Source: an uncultured Lachnospiraceae bacterium (GTDB taxonomy: Bacteria; Bacillota; Clostridia; Lachnospirales; Lachnospiraceae). Taken from it: 64,000 nt of DNA. This document shows, one piece after another, positions 38,595-46,366 of the stretch. The position numbers and the translations under genes are program-made. Every line of letters starts with the position of its first letter. Positions within the stretch are counted from its first letter, which is position 1. The notes below the pieces were generated by a model. It was given only the letters and a program-made list of their open reading frames with translations. It made no database searches and was not told the DNA's origin. The stretch spans positions 266 to 64,265 of the forward strand of contig CAJOFN010000001.1 in assembly GCA_905233905.1 (NCBI GenBank), in the 5' to 3' direction.

Positions 38595-38683
38595 ACCAGA
38601 GCTCCCGTCATTATCGCTGCCATGGACAAGGCAAAAGCAAGCTGAATGACCGCAATCCCCAGATCCTCACATATCTCCTTCAT
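38591..38683 (-). CDS. 30-aa leaderless Flp-like peptide (MKEICEDLGIAVIQLAFALSMAAIMTGALV)
   Basis: Below the ORF-track cutoff. Same M-[KQ]-[DE]-I-x-x-[ED]-[YL]-G register as the other two peptides. Overlaps the end of the 114-aa ORF by 17 nt. Confidence 0.4.
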   Translation of the reverse strand: MKEICEDLGIAVIQLAFALSMAAIMTGALV

Positions 38684-39011
38684 TATCCTTCTCGTCCTCC
38701 TGTTCTAAATGAATTTTATCTGTAAAGCGTCCGCTGTTTTCAAAGCCAAACAGTGGCATGCTGTATTTATATGTCAAAACAGCCTCACCCTCAGGATCGA
38801 CAGAAAGCTCAAAGCCTTCCTCTATCGCCCTGTCGCTGTATTCCTCTATCATGTCACCGCTTCCCTCGTTTGCTTCTATCTCATAAAGGGCATCCTCAAA
38901 GAAGCGATCAGCCTGCCTGACCCTGCAGGACGCAGCTATTATCCCCACACCGGCAAAGCTTATGATCGCAAGAAAATACATGCCGATATAGCCCTTGATC
39001 ACAGTATCCAT
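38667..39011 (-). CDS. 114-aa N-terminally anchored protein (possible minor pilin / accessory subunit)
   Basis: One N-terminal TM helix (GMYFLAIISFAGVGIIAA) followed by an acidic soluble domain. Sits inside the Tad-like operon. I recognise no family. Confidence 0.45.
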   Translation of the reverse strand: MDTVIKGYIGMYFLAIISFAGVGIIAASCRVRQADRFFEDALYEIEANEGSGDMIEEYSDRAIEEGFELSVDPEGEAVLTYKYSMPLFGFENSGRFTDKIHLEQEDEKDNEGDM

Positions 39012-39018
39012 ATAATCC

Positions 39019-40356
39019 CTACATCATACCGCTGTTCATATACAGCACAAGAATCAGAGCCATATCCACCAGCATCTTGACCCCTCCGGTAAGCTGCGGC
39101 GCCAGAAACATCGCATACATCCCCGCAAGGGAGTCCTCATTCAAAAGCTTCTGCGATCTGTCATATAATACGCGGTTGCGCCTGATTATATCCGCGATCT
39201 GCATCCCTGCGTCTCCCCCTGATCCCTGGGAGATAGAATAAAGCATCTTCATGGAGGATGATATTTCAGGGATCTGAAACTCCGACAGGAAATTAAGATA
39301 TGGCTCTATCGCCTCAGGATGCTGCCTGATGTCCATGACAAAATCGGCTATTGCCGGCTTTAGTATTTCAGGCGCCATCGGCAATGATCTTTCCATTGCC
39401 ACTGCCACATTTTCCGTCTGAAGCAGCAGCGACAGCTCCATGAGCCATACGGGATACTGTTTTTCTATCTCTCTAACAAGCTTCTTTTTCCAGAAGGCCC
39501 TGCCTGCCATGCAAAAAACATCCTGTCTGTCCCCCGTAAAATACTTTTTGTATAACCCGGCGTAGTGAGAGTCCATGTCATGGTTGCTTTCTATCAGTCC
39601 GACAGTAAGCTTCTTGTCTGTGCGGTAAAGAATGACAAGATCGGCAATAAGCACCCCTACCGTAACCGCCCGGACATATATATTGCCGGAAATGTCTACT
39701 CCCATGCGAAGCGAAAGCTTAAATATCACGCCGCAGAGAAGCAGGGAAGCTATTATGGAAAATATCACGTCCCTGCGCTTTTTCCTCTGCTCCTGCTGCA
39801 GCACATACACTCTGTCAGCAAACATGCGCCTGTACTCTAAAAGCAGCCGAATGGATTCTCTGCAATCACCGCCCACCTGTTCGGTCGTAATTGCAAAATT
39901 ATGTATGGTCTCAACCCCGTCAAAGGGATAGGCCTTTGATATAATATCAAGTGCCCTGCCGCATACATTATCCTCCCTGTAGGTGTGCCAGATGTGATAC
40001 AGTGCCTCTGAAATGACGCTTTTCATCTGCCCCTCTTCAAATATGCTCCCAAGATCCTCTAATGTATCTAAAATCTTTCCCGTCCGTGCAAAGGAATACA
40101 AAAACTGCTCCATATAGACATTGAGATCGGAAAATCTCTTCTGATGATAGCGGTTTTCCGCCGTATTCCTGAGAAAAAGCGGCATAAAGGCTATACCTGT
40201 CACGCAAAGCACCGCCTGGGAAACAGCATCCAGCATGAACAGCTTTCCAAGGAGGATCAGGGACCAAAACATGCAAAGGCAAAGCATGGCACTCTTTTTC
40301 ATTGAAAAAACATATCCATATTTTTTGAGTTCAACCGATAGTGTTTCTGATCTCAT
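39019..40356 (-). CDS. polytopic platform protein, TadB/TadC (T2SS-F)-like, two repeats fused
   Basis: 445 aa. Two cytoplasmic helical segments are each followed by TM helices, the pattern of GspF/TadBC. It lies 21 nt downstream of the ATPase gene. Confidence 0.55.
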   Translation of the reverse strand: MRSETLSVELKKYGYVFSMKKSAMLCLCMFWSLILLGKLFMLDAVSQAVLCVTGIAFMPLFLRNTAENRYHQKRFSDLNVYMEQFLYSFARTGKILDTLEDLGSIFEEGQMKSVISEALYHIWHTYREDNVCGRALDIISKAYPFDGVETIHNFAITTEQVGGDCRESIRLLLEYRRMFADRVYVLQQEQRKKRRDVIFSIIASLLLCGVIFKLSLRMGVDISGNIYVRAVTVGVLIADLVILYRTDKKLTVGLIESNHDMDSHYAGLYKKYFTGDRQDVFCMAGRAFWKKKLVREIEKQYPVWLMELSLLLQTENVAVAMERSLPMAPEILKPAIADFVMDIRQHPEAIEPYLNFLSEFQIPEISSSMKMLYSISQGSGGDAGMQIADIIRRNRVLYDRSQKLLNEDSLAGMYAMFLAPQLTGGVKMLVDMALILVLYMNSGMM

Positions 40357-40377
40357 AACCTCACCTGCTTCCTGTAC

Positions 40378-41547
40378 TCACATGATGCCCCGGAATGTGC
40401 CGATATTGTTACTTTTAAAGGGGATCATTTCAAAATCCTTTGGCTTCTGCTCAGCGCTTCTGACATATAAGGGCCTTTGCGCTGCCTCCCCCATGAATCT
40501 TGAAGCCATAAGCGGATCATTAACCTCCGCCCTTGAAAGCTTTTCTGAAAGGCTTTGGGGCAGGTCTCCTTTTAGCAGCTTTCCTTGATCCAGTATCATG
40601 TGGCATATATTTTTTCCGTCAGTTCTTTCAAAATATGCTATCTGGTCAATAAAACGTATTATGGATCGTCTTCCGTCTTCTCTTAGCATTTCCCGTCTTG
40701 TAATAAGTACCGCTATATCTATAAAGCTATAGATATCATTCTCCATACGGCTCTCATCCCGTTCCTGTCCCGCCATGTTGATCATCCTGTCAGGCAGCTT
40801 TCTCACATCGTCAGTATGAAGGGTGGTGATCCCCTTGACTCCTGTGGAAAAGCCTTCTATGAGCTTGATAACCTCCGTGGAACGGGTTTCTGAAAGCATC
40901 ATCCATTTGGGATTAAGCCGCAGGCAGGTCTTTATGGCCTCTGTATAATCCATCTGAGGGCTGACCTTAAGCTCCACGCAGTCCTTGTCGGGGCCTGTGC
41001 TCCTGTAATGCCATTCCGGAGTATCCTCAATGGTGATGACTCTCTGATCCGCCGGGATGAACCCTGAGAAAAACCTTGCACACTCTGTCTTGCCTGCGCC
41101 CGGTTCGCCGCAGAATACGATATTTGACCCGGATGCCACACAGCCCTTTAACAGCTCTAATACCTCCGGGCTGCAATAGCCGCTCTCTACCATGTTCTCC
41201 TCTGTCATACGGATATAGGGAAGGGATTTGCGGATGCAGATACTCCTTCCTGAGATCGCAACTGACTCATGAACTATGGTTATGCGCAGCCTGTCAGTTT
41301 CGGCTTCAAGCACCGGCTTTTGCTTGTTAAACGGCTTGCTCACGGTGTTTGCCACACGCATGGAAAACTGTTCTACAAAATCGGGGGACAATGAAAGAGA
41401 AGACGGATATCTGAGATTGGAGGTATCCGTAAGCCATATCCGGCTCCCGTTAAAATCGACATCAGTAATATCATCATTCATAACATATTCATACAAGGGG
41501 CCAAAATATGCCTCACTCTCCATAATCTCATTTCTTTTCTGATCCAT
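40378..41547 (-). CDS. type II/IV secretion-family ATPase (CpaF/TadA/VirB11-like)
   Basis: ITDVDFNG...RITIVHESVAISGRSICIRK N-domain, Walker A GEPGAGKTE, RVITIEDTPE Asp box, MLSETR Walker B-like motif and a His-box region TLHTD. Confidence 0.8.
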   Translation of the reverse strand: MDQKRNEIMESEAYFGPLYEYVMNDDITDVDFNGSRIWLTDTSNLRYPSSLSLSPDFVEQFSMRVANTVSKPFNKQKPVLEAETDRLRITIVHESVAISGRSICIRKSLPYIRMTEENMVESGYCSPEVLELLKGCVASGSNIVFCGEPGAGKTECARFFSGFIPADQRVITIEDTPEWHYRSTGPDKDCVELKVSPQMDYTEAIKTCLRLNPKWMMLSETRSTEVIKLIEGFSTGVKGITTLHTDDVRKLPDRMINMAGQERDESRMENDIYSFIDIAVLITRREMLREDGRRSIIRFIDQIAYFERTDGKNICHMILDQGKLLKGDLPQSLSEKLSRAEVNDPLMASRFMGEAAQRPLYVRSAEQKPKDFEMIPFKSNNIGTFRGIM

Positions 41548-41581
41548 AAGCTTATGCTCCTTATACTCGCAGCTATAATAT

Positions 41582-41779
41582 TTAAGGATTAGTCCCTATT
41601 GCTACAAGCCCTGCATTGGTCTGTACTTCGTCAATAAAACCGTCAAGGAGTGCCCTCATGCTCTCCCCAACGTAGCCGCCATCATTGCCCTTGAACAAGA
41701 GTCCTATGATGGTAGCAAGCGACAGTATGGCGATCACTGTAATGAGCGCCGGACCATATTCTTTTATAATATCCTGCAT
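41582..41779 (-). CDS. 65-aa leaderless Flp-like peptide (MQDIIKEYGPALITVIAILSLATIIGLLF...)
   Basis: Strong RBS GAAAGGAG. The EYG motif followed by a hydrophobic helix resembles mature Flp pilins. An in-frame TAA lies 18 nt upstream of the ATG, so no leader is possible. Confidence 0.6.
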   Translation of the reverse strand: MQDIIKEYGPALITVIAILSLATIIGLLFKGNDGGYVGESMRALLDGFIDEVQTNAGLVAIGTNP

Positions 41780-41855
41780 ACATGCTCCTTTCTTTTATGA
41801 AAAAACGATCATCTGTTAACAGTGTGGAAGCTTTGGGCGAAATGCCCGTGAACCC

Positions 41856-41891
41856 CGCCAGCCGCCCGTAAGAGCCCGGGCGAAGCTGGCG
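41856..41891 (-). promoter_or_regulatory. nested GC-rich hairpin in the 5' leader of the Tad-like operon
   Basis: Minus-strand RNA CGCCAGC-uu-CGCCCG-ggcucuua-CGGGCG-GCUGGCG. The downstream CGCCC could pair alternatively with CGGGCG. No U-tract follows. Confidence 0.4.
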
Positions 41892-41923
41892 AATGTGAAC
41901 TATTATCTGATGTCGATGGAAAG

Positions 41924-41952
41924 AGTCTAACAAAACCACCGGCCAAAAGCAA
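41924..41952 (-). promoter_or_regulatory. candidate promoter TTGCTT-N17-TAGACT for the Tad-like operon
   Basis: -35 at 41947-41952 and -10 at 41924-41929, about 145 nt upstream of the first small ORF. Confidence 0.35.
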
Positions 41953-41963
41953 TAAAGAAATGA

Positions 41964-44900
41964 TTAACAATTATTAAGCAAATTTAAAATCTCGTCTCTT
42001 TTCAGCCTTGAGATGTTATCCGAAAGCGTCTCCAATAAGCCCTTATCCTCTTTCAAAAGCCTGTATCCCTTTAACATTCCGACTATATCGAAAGCGCCGT
42101 CAAAATCAAATACCTCAATAAGCTCCTTTATATTCCCTAATGCCGATAAGAACTGATCCTTTGGAAGCAGGTCACCGGCATCCTGCCCGTTGGCCTCTTC
42201 GTCCTCAGCCGGTCCGTCTAATGCTGCCTTCAGGGCATCCGCAAGGGTTCTGTAATCAGATAGGAGCTTTGGATTATGCTCTTTTATTTCAGGTATATTA
42301 CCCTCATCTCCCCATTTTTCAAGCTGCTTTGCCTGCTCGGAAAGCTCATCCGCCCCTATTATCCTTGAGGAGCTTTTTAAGGCATGAACCTTGATGGTGT
42401 AATTTGAAATATCGCCATCCTCTAAAAAGCCCAGAAGCTCCCCCGGTCCGGTTTTGGCGCTGACCACAAAATCATTGACCGTAGATCTTAGGATTTCCTC
42501 GTTCATACAGTTTGCCAGTCCTTCCTTTACGGAGATGCCGTCTATTTCAGATAGGCTCTTAAGGAAATCGGAATCGTATACAACGGCTTCGCCAGACGGT
42601 GTTGCTTCTTCAGTCTCCGGCTTGTGGCGCTTTGATTCGGGAAGCCTCTCATAAATGGCTGCTTCAAGCTTCCTGCCATTGATGGGCTTTGTAAGATAGT
42701 CATCAAAGCCCTCCTCCAAAAACATCTCCCTGGCGCCTGCAACAGCATTTGCCGTAAGCATTATCACCGGAGTGTCATGGTTCTTGTTCTCATAGTCATG
42801 CTTCATCCGGCGCAGGGTTTCTATTCCGTCCATCTCCGGCATTCTCTGATCTAAAAAGATCATATCGTAGACATTCTTGCGTACCAGAACCAAAGCTTCC
42901 TTTCCGCTTTCCGCCGTGTCTATCTTTATCTGGGTAGCCTTTAAAAGCCCTCTTATTACCGTGAGATTGACCCTGGTATCATCAACCACAAGTATCCTTG
43001 CGTCGGGAGCGCGGAAGCTCTCATGATAGTTCTGCCTCTCATTCATGGACTTTTTGTACATCTCGGTGAAATCACCCAGGGGCTCCCAGTCTTCAACCTT
43101 CTGGGATATTACAAAGGAGAAGGTTGAGCCCTTGCCATATTCACTTTCAACCTCAAGCTTTGAGTCCATAAGGGACAGCAGGGAGGTTACTATATTGATG
43201 CCAAGTCCTGTGCCCTCTATGCCGCGGTTCCGTTCTTCCTCTATGCGGTCGTATGCCACAAACAACCTGCTTATGTCCTCTTTTTTGATGCCTATGCCGG
43301 TATCAGTGACGGCAAAGCTTAAGTTTATGGTATCGGAAGAGGTCTTCTCTGCGGAAAGCTTCAAGGTGACCGAACCGGTATTAGTGTATTTTACGGCGTT
43401 GGTAAGGATATTTAAAGCACACTGCCTTATCCTTGCATCATCACCTTTCAGTGAATGTGGAATATTTGGATCTACCTCAAGCTTGAGGGTCAGCCCCTTT
43501 TCCTCCGCCCGCACTGCCGTCATGTTTACAAGATCGTTTAATACCGAAGACAGCTCGTATTCAACGGGAATGATCTCTATCTTGCCTGACGCAATGCGCG
43601 AAGAGTCTAAAAGATCATTGATAAGGGACAAAAGCGTACGGCCGGAATTCTGGATATCAAAGGCATAACGTCTGATCTCCGGCTCGGATGCCTCGCGAAG
43701 TATCATCTCATCCAGCCCTAAAACCGCATTGATGGGGGTACGTATCTCATGAGAGACGCTGGAAAGAAACTGGGTTTTTGCTTCGTTGGCGGCATTTGCC
43801 TCCTCTACAGCATCCGCAAGATCCCTTGTCACCGCCTCCATGAAATGGGTCATCCTGTGTACGATGGGGATAACCTCGCTGTGATAATCACATTTTCCAA
43901 AATCCACTGTCTGGATCTTCGGCGTATCCTCCGGCACAGGTCCCTCCCTTAATGCCACGGAAACCAAGGAAGATGCAAGCTCACCTCCGCCATCCTTATC
44001 AAAAAGGATCTCCGAGCTGCCGTGGATGATAGCCATTTCCGGAGCAGCCGGGGCATAGAAGCCATATTCAACCTTAACACCCTTGTTTAAGACTATGGAT
44101 CTGTTCATACATGAGATCAGCTTAAGGGCCTGAGGGGCAAAACGCCTTACCTCCATGGCATCGGCATAGCTGTCGGCAAAGATAATGTCGGGATTGCCAT
44201 AAGAAAGCTGGAGCACATCTCCCTCAAACATTGGCGCTGAAAAGATCATGGAATTGGGATCATCCTCTGCCCTGAAGGCTATCCTTGCCAAAATCCTCTC
44301 CCCCCTCTTTACACAGAGCGGAAACTCACAGACATTCTCCGACACTATCTGCTCGGGATTAAGCCCTAAATATTTCTTGTACACATGGCTTGCCCGCTGG
44401 TTGTCGATCTCCCTGACACAGAGCTCATTTTCCATCTTTGTTATGGTCATTTTCTTGCCGATGGGCGTCCAGCCAAAGCAATAGCCTGCGCGTATCTCAA
44501 GCTCTTCTCCCGTGAATACAAGAACAACAATGCCTTTGCTTAGGATGACATCATCATAAAACGCAAAGCATTTGCCTTCTCCGGTTATTGTACGAAAAAC
44601 CGCGGCCTTGGCTCCGAAAAACGGGATATCATCATGAATGGCAGCAGCCATGGCAAGGAAATCCTCAACCTGGACATGGTCATCAGCCACAAAAAGCTCA
44701 ACGCCCTTGACATTTTCCATTTCGTTTAGAGCCTGACCTGTAAACCCGCCTGCCTTGTACTCGCTGAAGGAGGCCATATCAAATACAAGAGCCTGCATAT
44801 AGGAGGATTCCATACATAAAAGCTCTATGGATACACTGTACAATATGTGCTCATCCCTGTCTCTCATTTCCCCCATCCGGAATACATCCCTGTTGACATT

Positions 44901-45101
44901 GGTCATGCCGGCTATATGGGCGGCAGGAAGCTTTGTTGAGGCTTTGTATATGAGTTCTCTTATTATATCCTCATTCCAACATTCCACATGAAGCTGGACC
45001 AGCACAGAAGAGGCCTTTTTGTATTCCTCAAGCTCCGCTATTTTGTCCAGGTTGTACTCAAATTCAGCTATTGTTTTGGCATCGTATTTCTTCTGGATCA
45101 T
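41964..45101 (-). CDS. soluble hybrid sensor histidine kinase (FIST-like N-terminal sensor, HisKA, HATPase, REC, Hpt)
   Basis: H-box FLSSVSHEIRTPINAVLG, N/G boxes, REC (ILVVDD...FLDQRMPEMDG...KP) and Hpt (KVHALKSSSRIIGA). No TM helix is present. The FIST assignment of residues 1-420 is tentative. Confidence 0.8.
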   Translation of the reverse strand: MIQKKYDAKTIAEFEYNLDKIAELEEYKKASSVLVQLHVECWNEDIIRELIYKASTKLPAAHIAGMTNVNRDVFRMGEMRDRDEHILYSVSIELLCMESSYMQALVFDMASFSEYKAGGFTGQALNEMENVKGVELFVADDHVQVEDFLAMAAAIHDDIPFFGAKAAVFRTITGEGKCFAFYDDVILSKGIVVLVFTGEELEIRAGYCFGWTPIGKKMTITKMENELCVREIDNQRASHVYKKYLGLNPEQIVSENVCEFPLCVKRGERILARIAFRAEDDPNSMIFSAPMFEGDVLQLSYGNPDIIFADSYADAMEVRRFAPQALKLISCMNRSIVLNKGVKVEYGFYAPAAPEMAIIHGSSEILFDKDGGGELASSLVSVALREGPVPEDTPKIQTVDFGKCDYHSEVIPIVHRMTHFMEAVTRDLADAVEEANAANEAKTQFLSSVSHEIRTPINAVLGLDEMILREASEPEIRRYAFDIQNSGRTLLSLINDLLDSSRIASGKIEIIPVEYELSSVLNDLVNMTAVRAEEKGLTLKLEVDPNIPHSLKGDDARIRQCALNILTNAVKYTNTGSVTLKLSAEKTSSDTINLSFAVTDTGIGIKKEDISRLFVAYDRIEEERNRGIEGTGLGINIVTSLLSLMDSKLEVESEYGKGSTFSFVISQKVEDWEPLGDFTEMYKKSMNERQNYHESFRAPDARILVVDDTRVNLTVIRGLLKATQIKIDTAESGKEALVLVRKNVYDMIFLDQRMPEMDGIETLRRMKHDYENKNHDTPVIMLTANAVAGAREMFLEEGFDDYLTKPINGRKLEAAIYERLPESKRHKPETEEATPSGEAVVYDSDFLKSLSEIDGISVKEGLANCMNEEILRSTVNDFVVSAKTGPGELLGFLEDGDISNYTIKVHALKSSSRIIGADELSEQAKQLEKWGDEGNIPEIKEHNPKLLSDYRTLADALKAALDGPAEDEEANGQDAGDLLPKDQFLSALGNIKELIEVFDFDGAFDIVGMLKGYRLLKEDKGLLETLSDNISRLKRDEILNLLNNC

Positions 45102-46366
45102 ATCAGTCCCCCTGCCATGTTGCTTTGTATGTAAGCCTTAATCCAGTTTAAGCTTTCAGAATAAGTGCTTCCGGTTCTTTTAGATAATTCAACCACGCTG
45201 TCATATTCCGGCTCATAGCGTCTGCTTCCGTCAGGAAGGGTTATTATTTTAACGTCAACCTTTCCCCTTGGAGTCTCCCATGTCTCCCCGGTTCTTTTGA
45301 GCTTTGAACGCTTAAGCTTCATCCTGCGGATGCCTATGGTGGTGGTCTCTGTGAATATGAGCTCTTCAAGCTTTTCTCTGTGGCCGTCATCACAGATTAC
45401 CACAAGCTCAACTCCGGGCCGGTTCTTTTTCATGAAGGTAGGAGTATAATGTACCTCCAGGGCGCCGTTCTCATAGAGGCAGCTCATTACATAGCCTAAT
45501 CTTTCCCCTGTGGAATCATCTATGTCTGTCTCCAGCCTCCAGATCTCATCCCCCTGTGTATCAGCAGCTTCTATCTCATAGAGCCTTACGATGCTTGCCC
45601 TCTCATACTCACGCTTGCCGGCGCCTGTGCCTGACCTTATTACGCGGTATGTATCCGGAAGCTTTTCTTCTTTCCTGAAGGCTGCCACCGCAGCAGCTCC
45701 CGTGGGAGTAACAAACTCCCCATCCACGCCTATTCTCTTAAGAGCTATGCCGTAGGCTTTGATAATATTTGCTACAGCCGGAACCGGAATGGGCATTATG
45801 CCGTGGGCGCAGCGTATTGTCCCCTGTCCCTCGCAAAGATACGGCACTATAAGGCTTTCTATTCCAAGATCATCCGCGCATACAGCTATGGCTACGATAT
45901 CCACAATGGAATCCACGGCACCGACCTCATGGAAGTGTACCTCGTCTATAGTTGTGCCATGAGCTAAAGCTTCTGCCTCTCCTAAAACCCTGAATATCCT
46001 TTTGGCAAGTATCCTCGCCTCATCAGACATTGTGCCCGCATCTATGATGTCAAATATCTCTCCTAAATGTCTGTGACCATGATGATGGTGGTGGTGATGA
46101 CCAATTTCATCGCCGTGACTGCCATGAAGGTATTCCATGTCATGGTCATGGTTGTCATGCTCTTCATCAAGGACTACATCAAAGTCACAGGCATCTATGC
46201 CGGCCTTCTTTACCCGGTTTATGGTAACGAAATAGCCTTCCAGAGGAAGGCTTTTAAGCACAGAAATAAGCTTATTCTCGTCAGCACCCAGATCCAGCAT
46301 TGCTCCCACGAGCATGTCTCCGGCTACTCCTGCTTCACATTCAAGAAAAAAACGACCTGTCGTCAT
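45098..46366 (-). CDS. larC: LarC-family nickel insertion protein (DUF111)
   Basis: N-terminal ECEAGVAGDMLVGAMLDLGAD, a His-rich stretch GHHHHHHHGH, 422 aa, downstream of larB. Confidence 0.8.
   Translation of the reverse strand: MTTGRFFLECEAGVAGDMLVGAMLDLGADENKLISVLKSLPLEGYFVTINRVKKAGIDACDFDVVLDEEHDNHDHDMEYLHGSHGDEIGHHHHHHHGHRHLGEIFDIIDAGTMSDEARILAKRIFRVLGEAEALAHGTTIDEVHFHEVGAVDSIVDIVAIAVCADDLGIESLIVPYLCEGQGTIRCAHGIMPIPVPAVANIIKAYGIALKRIGVDGEFVTPTGAAAVAAFRKEEKLPDTYRVIRSGTGAGKREYERASIVRLYEIEAADTQGDEIWRLETDIDDSTGERLGYVMSCLYENGALEVHYTPTFMKKNRPGVELVVICDDGHREKLEELIFTETTTIGIRRMKLKRSKLKRTGETWETPRGKVDVKIITLPDGSRRYEPEYDSVVELSKRTGSTYSESLNWIKAYIQSNMAGGLI

Noticed and set aside
38327-38649. Track ORFs 38327..38578 (minus, 83 aa) and 38425..38649 (plus, 74 aa).
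   Set aside because: Both lack an RBS and have Cys/Pro/Arg-rich translations. The same DNA in the other minus-strand frames gives three SD-preceded hydrophobic micro-ORFs paralogous to the operon's first gene.
41780-41923. Possible c-di-GMP (GEMM-I/II), ZTP or other known riboswitch in the Tad-like operon leader.
   Set aside because: I could not find the conserved GEMM (GGCAAA...GACGCAAAGC) or ZTP (GGGUCG...CCGCCUGGGC) cores. I kept it only as an unclassified structured leader; a covariance-model search is needed.
43045-43668. A 207-aa plus-strand ORF opposite the hybrid histidine kinase. Similar antisense ORFs occur at 7537..7956, 9804..10298, 11994..12539, 25135..25626, 27242..27709 and 58629..59093.
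   Set aside because: All lie antisense to genes with clear family motifs. They lack ribosome-binding sites and have serine/proline/arginine-skewed translations.
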